A DNA stretch of 63,510 nucleotides, counting the filler, from Licmophora abbreviata (taxonomy: Eukaryota): the NCBI GenBank assembly GCA_900291995.1. It is 15 parts of 15 records of this genome, joined end to end, with 100 filler letters (N's around TTAATTAATTAA, not from the genome) between each part and the next. Parts side by side here need not be neighbours in the genome. Positions count along the whole stretch, not along the records: positions 1 to 22,172 come from OLMU01004485.1; 14 more parts are not named here. The stretch is one strand, 5' to 3'. The translations under genes and the position numbers were made by a program. Shown piece after piece: positions 1-12,700 of the stretch; within the stretch, counting starts at the first letter, position 1; every line of letters begins with the position of its first letter. Under the pieces are notes generated by a model. It saw only the letters and a list, made by a program, of their open reading frames with translations, was not told where the DNA came from and did not search any database.

Positions 1-4
1 TGCG

Positions 5-2404
5 TTGCCAGGCATGGAACGGCGGGCGGAGGCTTTTGCCGCTGCCTTTGGCTGGTCTCGTTGCTGGGATGACGATGCACCCTTGATGGTGGACATATCG
101 GAGGTGCAGCTTCCTGACACTCATTCGAGCATGCACGGAGGTACTGGCGGCGGCGGTTTGAGTGGAAGTCGTCATGGGTTGAGTGGAAGTCGCCATGGAC
201 TGCGAGGCAGTCGACATGGACGCAGGACTCTAGGATTTCGGGCGAGTACGCAAAACAAACAAACGACAGGTCGAGAATTACGAACTTCGGCTACTACGAC
301 AAAGCCCGACAAGGATAAGAAGCGAAGTCAATGGGCAGAGCTCTTGACGCCGTCCATCATTTTTGAGGATGCTCCAACAAGGTAAGAGAGAATGGACGGT
401 TTCCTCTTGAACTGTTTCCCTAGACACCTTGCTTACAATTTCTTTGCGCCTTACGCCTCCAGGAAAGATGACGATCTGAAGCTAGTGGAGCTCCCCGAAT
501 CGGTTCATCCTGTTCGTAGAGCAGAGCAGGCTTTCAAACTGCTCGGCCGCCACGAAGAGTTCATTCAATACTACGAACAGAACCGTTTCGGTGATATGAA
601 GATTGGCGGTGGAAAGGGAGACGACAAGAAAGAAAATCGAAGCTCTCTTTCGTCGCTGACGGGTGACGATGTCACTGTCGGAACCGATCGCATCTTCTTT
701 GCGAAAAGCCTCCCACACTTGTGCTCCAGTGTCGTTGGCTTTAGTGCTGTCGAGGCAGCGCTTGAAGTGGGTAATTTCGGGGATGACGACGAAGAAGATC
801 CCTTTCGGAGTAGTCCTGCCGCAGACGTCAAGAGCACATCGGACAGTGCCGCACGCTTCCGCGACAGCTCTGCTAGGTACGAGCAATCGCTCGTTACAGA
901 ATTGGGCAAACGATTGCGGGGTCGTGCTATTGGAGCGAGCCTGGCGGAGCTTACCCGCTCTTCCTGCCTCATGGCTGCGTTCCGATCAGCGCTCAAGATT
1001 GTTCATCCGAGCTCCACTACTCGTCGCAGCGACAAGGAACTGTTGGCTATGGATGTGGACATTGTTATGACCGCGCTCAAGGTAGCGCAAGATGAGCAGT
1101 TGAAGGCTACCAAAAGGCTTGTCCTTGACGATCGTGGGGATCCGATGTCTGTCCCCCTGTCAGAAGCAAGACGCGAAAGTCGCAAGCGCAGCAGTGACGC
1201 GAACACTATCCCGGACGCAGAAGTTGTCGGGATACCTTTTGGCCTGTCCGATCTCAAACAGAAGCCAACCGATACGGACCAGCAATTCGAAGACCGTCGT
1301 TACAACCAGGGCCCCAAAGACGAATATTACAACTTCTCGCCATCGGTGCCTCAGGTCGTGAGATCTGTGCATGCTCGCTGCATCGCCTGTGCCGCGTTTG
1401 CCTTGAGCCAAGAGGAGCTTGGTCAAGTCTTTTCACAGAAAAAGGGCAGCAGCGGTGCCGCTAGTTACGTCTTGGACTGTGCCGAGGCATGCGTCTCGGT
1501 CGCAGCTGTTGGTATGCAGGACAACGACAACGTCCTCGACGAAGGCTCTGTTGAGAAGGCCGTGCAGACCATGGCGAACATACATGCGCTTCAACACAGC
1601 CTCTCGCGTCTCTTCGGCACATTAATGCGCGGCATGTGCCATGTTGGTATGGTCCGCGCAGACCAACTGGAGGAAACCTTCCAGTATGCCGAAACCACTC
1701 TCAAGGGAGCCGACAAGGCGTGCGATGCGCAAGTGGGTAGTTGCTACTCCCTTGTCTACGAAATCTGCCGAAATAAAATCGACGCACATCTCAACTATGC
1801 TCTCGATGGGTTCCAGTGGGTCGCTAAGAATGTCCGGGAAATGCCCAATGCGTATTGCGAGGGTCTTATTGGCTTTATGCGATCAGTCTTTGCCTCTTTG
1901 GGTGTGATGGACGAAGGTTCTCGTGCTGGTTTGCACTTTTCATGCTGTGGACATGTCGCCGAGCGCCTCGTGAGAATTCTTTCCGAAAAACCCGCATCGG
2001 AGGGTCAAGGTGGAGGGAACGATGATGATCTCCTTTCTCCTATCGTGCGCATTGACGCGTACGGAATCAAGAACTTGGCGCTCGACGTAGAGGAGTTTGA
2101 AACCTTTTGCGAAAGTACCGGGGTCCCTCAGCTCAAAGAATGCTTCAACGAACTCAAGTGCCTGACTTCGGCCATGCTCGATCGCGAGCTCCCGATACTG
2201 TTGCAACCTGGGAACGCTGCCAAACGACAAAGGAAGTATCCTTTCTTGAGCATCGAAAAGATTGGCAATATATTGGACAAGTATGTGGGACAGGGGCTTG
2301 GCAACCAGCTCATGGGCCGTGCCGGAAAGAGTTCAGAGCTTCTGCTGCTGGAGAAGAAGGAGGTAGCACAACTCATCCGACTTTGTCGCGCGCAGCAAAA
2401 GTAG
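5..2404 (+). CDS. SEC15: Exocyst complex subunit Sec15/EXOC6, 5'-partial, intron 382-462
   Basis: C-terminal Sec15-like motifs (HFSCCGHVAERL, IDAYGIKNLALDVEEFE, KYPFLSIEK). A GTAAG...CCAG intron joins ORF 5-385 in frame to ORF 392-2404 (AG|G = Arg). Confidence 0.75.
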
Positions 2405-2816
2405 ATGTGTGGACAACAGCCGTGTCTTTTGCTTTGCACCACGGACATATCATCAGCAGTGACATGCAGTACAATCGAACGAACCCCGCGCGACAAGCGT
2501 CTCCGTGCAAGCTCGGACGAACAGACAGATATCCAATCCCGCGACATGCATGTGTTCCCAAGCAAGAGACCAGCATCATTATCCTTCTCATGGTATCAAC
2601 TGTTGTACGCATCATGGCGCCTGCGGATCAGAATCGAAGCCATGAGCCATGCAGGTTTGATTTCAAGTATGACATGTATGTGTAGTTCTCTAACAGTTAA
2701 ATCTAATACACCACACGTACACAACCACCCAATAAATCAATGAAGCTATTCCTGCTGACGGCCACCCTCCCTTCTAAGCACAAGCATTTTTTAACATGCC
2801 ACTTTCCACACAATTA

Positions 2817-4574
2817 TCAAGGAATCTCCAAGACTTCATCTAAGAGGTGAACGATTCCGTTGCGGCACTTAATGTCTGTTAGACCGACGGTGGCACTGCC
2901 ATTGACCTCGACGGACCTGAAGAACAGACCGAAGAAACGAGAGACGAACGCAACTTCAAAGGTCGAGCCTTGTTTGGTAGTCACGGGTCCTTCTCTCAAA
3001 TCCCCGCCAAAGACATTGCCATCCAAGAGGTGGTACAACAAGACTTGATCAAGATTGGGGTATTCCAATACCTTGCCAAAGTCGTCTTCCAACCTGTCGA
3101 ACGCGAAGTTCAATGGTGCAAAAAGCGTGAATGGGCCGTCCTCGTCGAGTGTCGTGCTCAGTCCCGCGGCGTCCACGGCTTCCTGAAGCCTAGCGAAGAA
3201 TGCTGTCTCTTCAACCAGCTTATAAATGCTCGGAGGAGGCACAAGGACGTTTGAAATAACATGAATGATGCCATTCGTAGCCTCAATGTCATACGTTTCG
3301 ATGCGCGTGGCGTCGTTGAGGAGCCAAGTTCGGAAACGACGTCCAACGTAGAGGTTAGCACCATTCTTGGACTTGACCACGCCCTCTTCCAGGTCTGCAC
3401 GCATCACAGCACCGTCCAACACATGATACGTCAAGACATCAGTCAATTCCTGTACATCCGCCAAGAGATCGTTCAAGCTTCCACTTGGCAAACGATCAAA
3501 GGCAGCGTCCGTAGGGGCGAAGACGGTAAAGGGTCCCTCGCCCTGGAGCGTGGCCGTAAGTCCGGCAGTATCGAGTGCACTCAGCAGCGTTTCAAAGTTA
3601 CCATTCGCTTGTGCCACGCCGATAATGTCATTCGTCACGTCCTGAGCGGCTCCGGCTGGGGGTGGCATCAAGACTTGTTTGACCTCATGAATGATACCGT
3701 TGGCTGCGAGAATGTCCAGCTTGCCAAGACGAACGCCGTCGTTGAGCTCGAGTTTGGGGCTCCAGAAGGAGCCTCCGAACCCGACTTCGATACTGGAACC
3801 GACCAGAGCTGTACTGAGTGGTCCTTCAATATCGGCACTGGGGACGACTCCCGGAAGCACGTGATAAAGCAACAGGTCCTTTAGTTCTGCAACCGACAAG
3901 GCCTCTAGTGTGCCAGGCGGGAGCTTCCCAAAGGCCGTGTCCGTCGGTGCGAAGAGCGTAAAGGCCCCGTCAAGCCCATCGAGCACATCCACCAGCTCCG
4001 CCCGTTCAATGGCAGCCTTGAGAGTGGAGAGGTTGCTCTTCGACGACACTACATCGTAGATGCTCTCGAAGAGAAAGTCAGGCATCAACGGTGCGTCGAT
4101 GACGTGTACAATACCGTTGTCTGCTTCCAAATTGGGCGTCACGACAGTGGCAGTGTCAATGGTAACGTCTCCATTGGAACCGACCATTGCCACAACAGTC
4201 CCTCCCTGCAGCGTTCCCACCTCGACGTTCCCTCCTTCGTCCACAACATCTCCCGCCGAAAGTACGCCTCGAGTCATGTGGTGAAGGAGGACTTGCGTGA
4301 GATGCAAGCGGAAGCTGTCGTCCTCTGCGAAGTCCGTGCTCAAGCTGGACAAAGCCGCGTCGGATGGAGCAAAGACAGTAAATTTCCTTGCCCCGCAGAA
4401 GAGCCAACAGGTGAGAAAGTCATCTAGGTCCGTACGACGGAGAAGGTTTGTGAAGGTACCTAGTTCTCCCCTGCCTTCGACGACTTCCGCAATCGACTCG
4501 CCCTGGACGCCACCGAGGAAGGAGGAGGAGCTGACCAAGAGTAGCAAGCTCAGTAGAAAAGACGGGATCTTCAT
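2817..4574 (-). CDS. Secreted fasciclin (FAS1) protein with four FAS1 domains
   Basis: Signal peptide followed by four copies of the FAS1 H1 (TVFAPTD/SD), YH and H2 (NGIIHVI) motifs. Confidence 0.9.
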   Translation of the reverse strand: MKIPSFLLSLLLLVSSSSFLGGVQGESIAEVVEGRGELGTFTNLLRRTDLDDFLTCWLFCGARKFTVFAPSDAALSSLSTDFAEDDSFRLHLTQVLLHHMTRGVLSAGDVVDEGGNVEVGTLQGGTVVAMVGSNGDVTIDTATVVTPNLEADNGIVHVIDAPLMPDFLFESIYDVVSSKSNLSTLKAAIERAELVDVLDGLDGAFTLFAPTDTAFGKLPPGTLEALSVAELKDLLLYHVLPGVVPSADIEGPLSTALVGSSIEVGFGGSFWSPKLELNDGVRLGKLDILAANGIIHEVKQVLMPPPAGAAQDVTNDIIGVAQANGNFETLLSALDTAGLTATLQGEGPFTVFAPTDAAFDRLPSGSLNDLLADVQELTDVLTYHVLDGAVMRADLEEGVVKSKNGANLYVGRRFRTWLLNDATRIETYDIEATNGIIHVISNVLVPPPSIYKLVEETAFFARLQEAVDAAGLSTTLDEDGPFTLFAPLNFAFDRLEDDFGKVLEYPNLDQVLLYHLLDGNVFGGDLREGPVTTKQGSTFEVAFVSRFFGLFFRSVEVNGSATVGLTDIKCRNGIVHLLDEVLEIP

Positions 4575-5401
4575 CGTTCTTGGGGCTAGTTTTAAGTACC
4601 GGTACCGGGTAGTTTGGTGCTAAGACTAAGGTGCACTTGAAACTTTTTGTGTGTGCAAGTCTGTTTGTTTCCTCATCATCCAAACCAATGAACAAAATTC
4701 ACAAGATTCCCCAAAAATCCGGGACTCCGACCAACAACCAAGCGTGCATATTCATTACTTTGTATTCAGTATCTTCTACATTTATGTCCATGTATATTTG
4801 AGGAGTATCATGACGCAGTCGTGCGTAACGGTCCGGTCCGGTCCGGCGTGATGAGAGTTGAACAAAAATATGAACCCCACTGACGCAACGTACCTTGTAG
4901 CATCATACTCGTACATAACTGGTACCGGTACAACCATGTTTTGCACCCGCGGAAACTATTAAACTAAGAGTACTGTAGTGCCCTGCACCAGGTAGTCTAG
5001 AGACTGCAGCCTAAGTCATCTGGGATCTACAACTGTACAAATAGCGTGCACCCTCTAATACGAACGCAAGGCACACAAGAACACCAAACATAACTGACAA
5101 TAGCGGGAGCTCAAAACAGCCGCGATCGAAGGTTGCGAAGGAACATCTTGATAACATCATTCCAGCTGCGCTACCACTTTCGGTACAGGAAAATGTGTAC
5201 CGGTCAACGGCAAATACTAAGTGTGACGGTACTCTTGTTGAGCAGTATGCAGGCGACAGCCGTCTATCTTCAAGTACACTAGGAAACAGAGCATTTCCTT
5301 CTTAAACATTTATGATATCCTAGGCTGCTTAGCACGCAGCTACGTCGTCTTAAAACGAGTTTTGAGGGATGACAATCCTTTTTGGGCTTCTCGTATTCAC
5401 G

Positions 5402-8400
5402 TTAAATGGGACAAGACTGGGCACCAAAGGCAATGCAGGAAGTATCAACAACGTTCTCGATCGCATCATCGAAGGTGACATCAGCTACATCGGGACATTG
5501 ACCGACGGCGGCGACAGTGTTGCCACTGCCGAACAAGTTCGAGTAGACCGCAACTCCATCAAGGTTGGAAACCATCGTTGAGTCCAAAGAGGTTGCATCA
5601 CCAGAAGCGTCGTTGTTCGTGAAGCAGGAGTTCTGAATGATCGCAGTCGTATGAATAGTTGTCTCAACAATCGATGGGAACACGATCGGACCAGTAATGG
5701 TGTTGCCTGCGAAACTGGTCTCCTTGATGGTAAGCTCAACCTGAGTTGGGTCATCATTCTGTGCATTGGTGCCGTTGTAGTTTGTGACGATTATGTGATC
5801 CCTGTACACGTTGTTCTACAAAGAAAGAAACAAAGAGAAGAAATTATATGAGGTCTCATCATGCCAGAGCTAACTTCCAACAAATCCCCAGTTCGTACCT
5901 CAAACACACAGTCCTCAATCGTCAGGCTGCTGTAAGGAGCAGGCGTCAGCTGGAAGTCTGCCAAACGGGACACTGTGATCGCCGCGTTGCCAGGACTCGG
6001 AGCGACTCCCGGGCCATTGTTCCTGAAGATACAATCTTTGACTAGCATTCCTCGACCAGGGCCGAAGAAGGACATAGTAGAATGAGGAATTGTGTCGATT
6101 TCAAAAAACCCTGATTGCTCGAAGGTCAGACCTTCGATGATCAAACCAGACGAATCAGCCCCTGTATATCCTTCGGGGAGCGAAGTTGGGTAGGACGAAA
6201 GACCTGGGACTAGGAAAGGTAGAAACGGCAAGACGTTCTCGAGGAGGGCTGTACCGAAGATTGAAGAAACGTGCTCTTGGCCACCGCGAAGGACACAGTT
6301 GTTTGAACTCGATCCATCGCTTCCACATCGAATTTTCACGTTGCGGTTGTTAATGATGAGCGGGGCTACTCCTCCGATCACCGTGATACTGGTGGGATCT
6401 GCGAGGTATCCAATGACGATGTTTGTATTTGGGCAGATCTCATAGATGCGTTGCACACTGTCATCGAAATCTGGATTGGTCAAGAACTCTGTAATGTCCT
6501 TGATGGTGATATCTGACGTACTGATCCAGCAGGCGGCCCCCAATGGCGGTGGAACGACGATTCCTTCTCCAATAGTCGGAAATGGTGTCGAAGGAAGGAT
6601 TGGCGCTGCGGTCGGTGCTTCCATCGGCGCTGGTGTGATAGGTGCCGGAGTAACTGGAGCCGGGGTGACGGGGGAGGGAGTGACTGGAGCTGGGGTGATG
6701 GGGGCAGGAGTGATTGGGGCTGCCGTCACAGGCGCTGGCGTGATAGGTGCCGGAGTAACTGGAGCCGGGGTGACGGGGGAGGGAGTGACTGGAGCTGGGG
6801 TGATGGGGGCAGGAGTGATTGGGGCTGCCGTCACAGGCGCCGGGGCGATTGGGGCAGATGTCACAGGCGCCGGGGTCACGGGGGCGGGAGTTACTGGTGA
6901 CGGGGTGACTGGCGAAGGAGTCACGGGAGCAGGGGCGACAGGGGCGGGAGTCACAGGTGCGGGGGCGACTGGGGCCGGTGTCACTGGGGCAGGAGCGACA
7001 GGTGCGGGAGTCACTGGTGCGGGGGCGACTGGGGCTGGTGTCACTGGGTCGGGAGACACTGGACCTGGCGTGACATTCGTCGGCCCTGGCGTAGTAGCGA
7101 CAGGTGCGACAGATGGTGGCGCCAACGGTTCCGTGGGCTCTGGAGTAGTAGCAGGCGCAACACTCGGAGGAACAGTCGCTGGTGCTCTGGTGGGTCCAAC
7201 GGAAGGTGGCACAGGCGAAACTGTACTTGTAGGAGCGGTCGGCGTTCCCGGATTCGCGATCGAGGGAGGAATCAGGACGGTGTCAATAACATGAATAATA
7301 CCGTTGGATGCTACAACATCCGTCGAAGTCGTGGTAGAGTCTCCATTGAGCCCCACACTCGATAGAAACGTGGACCCCTGGAAGTAGTTGAGAGTCACTT
7401 CAATGTCTTCACCCTGTGCTGTAGTAACTGGGCCATTCGACAGGTCTGCTGCCAACACGTTGCCGCCTACAACGTGGTACAACAGGATCTCTCTCAGCGC
7501 CCCCTCTGGATCAGCCAATAGTGTGTCAAGCAGGCCGTCAGGTAGCTTGTCGAACGCCGCATCCGTAGGAGCAAACACAGTAAAGGGACCTCCCCCGAGA
7601 GTGTCAACAAGTCCAGCAGCTTGAATGGCTGCCACTAGAGTCGAGAAGTCTGAGCTACTGGCGGCCGTCCCAACCAGCGTGTCTGGTGGGGTGAGTACAT
7701 GGTCGATAATGTGAACAATACCGTTGCTAGCTTGTATGTTGAACTGCTGCACGTCGGAAAACTTGTTGAAGGTGACACCGATACGAGTCGCCTTCACAAG
7801 AAGGTTGTCACCGTTGAGAGGAGTGACGATACCATCACTCAGGGCTTCGCGACGGATGGTGGCATCAAAGGTATGGTACAGAAGAATGTTCGACAGAGCG
7901 TCCAGGTCGCCAAGAAGGAAGTCGATGGTCTCCTGTCCAAGCGCCTCAAACGCTGCATCGGTCGGGGCCAGAAGGGTGAATGGTTCGTCTGATGCGAGTG
8001 TGTCGAAGAGGCCCGTCAGTATGAGGACGCTGGTCAGTGCCGACAGGTTAGGATTGTCCCTGACCACATCGCTGACGCTTCCGGGGGTCAATACCAGCGA
8101 GGGAGGAATCAGCACTTCGTCAATGACATGGATGATGCCATTTGACGCAAAGATATCCTCCTGGATGACTTCTACGGCGCTATTCACTTGGATACTGGAA
8201 ACCAGGTTGTACGTGCCACTCTTGACTCCGATCCAATTTAGGTCCAGATTCTCGCCTTGAGCAGTCGTCACAGACGACGCAGTCACCTTGGCCCTTGGAA
8301 TGATCGACGGTACTACGTGGTACAGCAGAACGTCCCTTAGCGCACCGGTCGGGTCAGCCAACAGAGCATCCAGCACGTCCTGGGGGACATTGGAAAAGGC

Positions 8401-9039
8401 TTCGTCGGTGGGAGCAAACAATGTAAGCCCCTCTGCTTGGAGATCCTCGACTACACCGGCATCGACAGCAAGCGAGAGAAGCGTCTGAAACATCCCGGCG
8501 TCTTCTGCGATACCGACAATATCTGTCACGAGGAAGGAAGGGACGAGAGCAGCATCGATACCATGCACCACGCCGTTCGTTGCCATGACGTCGGCGGCAA
8601 TCACCTGGGCCTCCTCATTGATGACGACACCACCTTGTCCGTCACTCGTTGCCGTCAAGAACTCGCCTTGTTCAGTTTGTACTTGGTACTGTGCAGCAGA
8701 CAAAATGGTCTGAGCGAGAAGTCTCCCGCGGACCATGTGGTAGAGAATCACAGCACGCAAATGCTCGTCGTACGGCTCTGATGTGAGCTTAGACAAGAGA
8801 GCTGACGGAAGCGCTGCGAAGGCAGTGTTGGTTGGGGCGAAGACAGTGTACGTTGGGCACCATAGTTGAGCACAGTCAAGTTTGGTAACTAAATCAGGAA
8901 TATCCGATACAATGGAAGCTAGAGTTGAAAACTCAGCAGCACCTGCCGCCACTTCCAATATGGTTTGAGTTTGACTTTGGGCGCCCGTAGCGCACCACAA
9001 GGCGACTCCCCATGCCAAGAGACGTGAAAAGCAGTGCAT
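5402..9039 (-). CDS. Secreted protein: four FAS1 domains, Pro/Thr mucin-like stalk, Cys/Asn-rich C-terminal domain; intron 5816-5898
   Basis: Signal peptide, four FAPT...YH...NGxxHxID units, PVTPA repeats. A GTACG...TTGTAG intron joins in frame to ORF 5402-5809. Confidence 0.85.
6626..7070 (-). repeat. Coding 15-bp tandem repeats (P-V/I-T/A-P-A/S pentapeptides), including a near-exact 105-bp duplication
   Basis: Units starting at 6626 and 6731 (GGCGCTGGyGTGATAGGTGCCGG...) are nearly identical. Confidence 0.9.
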
Positions 9040-9797
9040 TCTTCTTCACTTGCTGCGGTCCTCAATCTGTCAACTACGCGATGATGAGGCCTGAGGAACA
9101 AATGTGAGGCCGGAGGTCCGCGGGGTGTGCGGTGTGCGTCACGACAACGGATCGAATTGGGCGAAGTTGGCGGTTGGTCGCACGACGGAGTATCGCTAAA
9201 AGAAAGTGAAACTTTTAATCATTACTGATTACACAGATAGCAAACGTTATGCACGACCCACTTATACTCTCTAGCGTTCCGGTTTTAGAATGTACTCTAT
9301 ATTCCAGGGGTTTCTAAAAGATTTTCACCAGGAAGTCGCTAAAGAGTGTTTATGTATGTGTTTGGCGAGGTCTTTGGTACGATTGCAAGAGTTTGATACG
9401 ATCGCGAGGTTTATTTTGTTTTTAGCTTCCTAGCAAACTCGACGTGTCTCAAGTATATCAGTCGAGCTGGTCGACTTTCATCAGTCGGAGGAGTCGCACT
9501 CGTCATCTCGTGCGTATGTCTTTTTAACACCCGGAGGTATATCTTCGCCTCCGTAGAAACAAGTAGACATTCTACCTGAAAAAATATCATCAGACGTCTC
9601 TGTCAAAACTTCGATGACACGCCTCTCATTTTACGTGAACCGGGAGATGTTGCATGTTTTGAAGCGTTGAAAGCAAAGAGCGTCCTGGATTGTTGCTTTC
9701 ACTGGCCTAACTTGCTGCACACAGAGAAGCTGGAACTAAGGGTTAGGAGGTGTCAGCAGTTTTCGAGAGAGTGAATTCGGTTCTTCTTTGACGGACA

Positions 9798-12700
9798 ATG
9801 TCCTCGCTTAGTGAAGAGAATGAGACCGAAACCGGCTTGGTTTCTCTTGAGTCGATATATGCTGTCGTGTATCCCGGGATGAGGCTAGTGGTGGCCGCTA
9901 TTGCTGTGTACTATGCAAGTGGTTGGTCTACGTAAGTTGGTTTCAGAATCCGGATACATGAAGTATTGTGATTGAATTATCGTGCAGTACGGTCGTCTAA
10001 CCATAGCTTATCCGCTCATCCGGTTCACTGTCCTTAGCAAACCGAGGTTCTTTACCGGAGTCTTGGCTGCTATTTCGTCAGGATTCCTTACCTTTGCGTA
10101 CCTAGAACCCCTATTTCTACCGGTCGGTATGAACCTAGCGGTTGTGGCTTTGTGGGTTCTGACCCTCGACGCTGCCATGTTGGGCATGTCACTCGGGGTG
10201 TTGCTACCCATATTGGTGCCCGGGGTCTGTGCCGGTCTGGCCTTGGCCTTGGCGATTGGAGCAGTAGGCACAATTCAGAACCCCTATTACTTTCCAATTG
10301 CTGCGGCGGTACTGGCTCCTCTTGGAGGGCTGATTTCCGCTAGGTACGATGGAAATACGCGACGAACACGCTGGGATGCATCTCATGTGTTGTATGGTCT
10401 CGATTCTCACATTGATTCCGCCGTTCATATCGTTTTGATAGAGGGAAAAGATCAATCATGCTTTCCATCGGCGTCACGCTGATTGGCGGCGGTGTAGTGT
10501 CAGGAATCGTTTTAAAGTCGATGCACATGTACATGATGGACGTGGCAAGAGGATATCAGTTCCACCCGTCGGATTTCTCGGAGTTCGACGATTACGACTT
10601 TTCAATCCCAACCGAGTTTGTGCTTGGTTTGCTATGGGTGGCATCGACTTTGCTTGTAGCGGCGGCATGTGTATACAGAGACGGCACGTTCGAGGCAGTC
10701 GACGTCTTGTCCTTGTTTCGACGTGGATACAGCCCAGTGCCAACTGTAGACACTGGTATGGCATCCGCGTCTCCAAAGCGAAAGACAGCCACCTCATTCC
10801 ACAGGGATCCTCCTGCGGCGTCGTCGGAGGCATACAACATGTTTGATCCTGTAGATCTACCGCCGCGTTTGGCGGAGTACGCCAACATGGTGTACTCAGC
10901 GTGCGAGGACTTGGGTAACTTTTTTGGCTTTCAGGATGCTTCTGTGAGGAACCAAGCCGAGCACTTGCTCATTCTACTGAGCAACAACCGTCGGTATATG
11001 AGTAGCCATATCCTTCCACCTTCGATACAGCCGCCGAGCCCCATCCACGCGTTGCATGCAAAGGTGTTTTCCAACTACATGAAGTGGTGTCGTGCGATGG
11101 GAGTTCCTCCCAAGTTCTCCAAGATGAACACTTCCATGTCTGCCCCTCCGGCCGTAGCTAGCCGGGTGGTTGATCTTGTACTATTCTTTTGCATTTGGGG
11201 TGAGGGGTGCAATCTACGTCATATGCCGGAATGTCTGTGGTTTCTGTACCACAAGATGATGGAGGAATACACGAAGAGCGAGGGAATCACTCAGACACGC
11301 AGTCTGTACGCTGGTCACTACCTCGACAATGTGGTGACACCGATCTATGAAATTGTAGCATCGGTACGTGACAATGCATCCACTGTTGCTACCGACTCTG
11401 ACGGCTTACTAACCCTCCCACTACTTGAATAATTGATGTGCTTTAGAATATGAATTCAAAGTGCGACCACCAGGACAAGCGAAATTACGATGATTTCAAC
11501 GAGTTTTTCTGGTCAAGAAGCTGTCTCAGATTCCGATATTCATCAGAAATGCCAGGCGAACACGTGGATCTGGAGGGTATAGGCAATACTCCCCTTCCGG
11601 GTGAAGAGCTTCCAGCAATCACGGAGGGCCTGCTTGTTGCACCCAAGACGTTCTTGGAGAAACGATCGTGGCTCCGTGGTATCCTGGCTCTAAGCCGTAT
11701 TCTTGAGTGGCACATTGCCACCTTCTACCTCTTAGCTGTCATTGCGTTTGCTCGCGAGCTAGTTTGGGGCTGGGTTTTTTCTCTCCAGGTTGCCAGTGGC
11801 GTGTTCTGGATCTTCAATGCTCTTCACCTGACTTGGGGACTACTCGAGGTATGGGGTAGCTACCCTGGAATCGAATTGACTGGCACAGCAGTCTGTGGCT
11901 TCGTATTCACCCTTGTGGCAAGATTTCTGATTCTTGTCTACCAGACATTGTATCTGATGTGGGCTTTCTCTCCACAGAGGAGTATCTATCTCGGAATCGA
12001 AGCTGACTCGACGTTCTGGTGGTGGCAGTATGTGTGGCTCTCTCTTATTTGTATGATTCCTTACATTTTGGAATCATTCTTGCAGATCTGGCCTGGCTTG
12101 TCAACCAAGCTGTACTCCAGCCAGAACGATTATTTGCAGTCATTCTTGAACATTCTCTTCCCACTGAGTCGGCTCTATGTAGGGAAGGACGTTCACAACT
12201 CTTTTGGCCACACGGCCGTCTACACGTTGTTCTGGGGGACGTTGATTGTCTGGAAGCTCTTCTTCTCCTATATATTTGAAGTTTACTCGATGGTACTTCC
12301 GACGCTACAATTGACGGACGACTACATCAACTATCCAAACCAGAACTTTGTACAGATGGCCCTTCTCCTCACGATGCGTTGGCTCCCACAATTCATCGTA
12401 TACCTGATTGATATGAGCATCTGGTACGCCGCCTGGCAAGCCTTCGCTGGTACATCTGTTGGATTCTCTGATCACCTTGGGGACGTTCGCACGATTGATG
12501 ATATTCGCCAGAACTTTGGTCGAGCTCCTGAACACTTCTGCAAGAAGATGTTGTCTCCTGACGCGGGAAGCCGCCGAGGCTCTTCCGCGAGCTTTCTAGG
12601 GGGTAGCAGCGGAGGGCTATCAGAAGGATCTTCACTGCTGGGAACTGATCCTCACAAGTTGCAGAGCTATGTCAATCGGCTTCTGGACGTTCGCATCCAG

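Noticed and set aside
156..218. 21-nt tandem repeats (GLSGSRH in Sec15; SSRRSVG at about 24895-25000)
   Set aside because: Ordinary low-complexity coding expansions in disordered eukaryotic regions.
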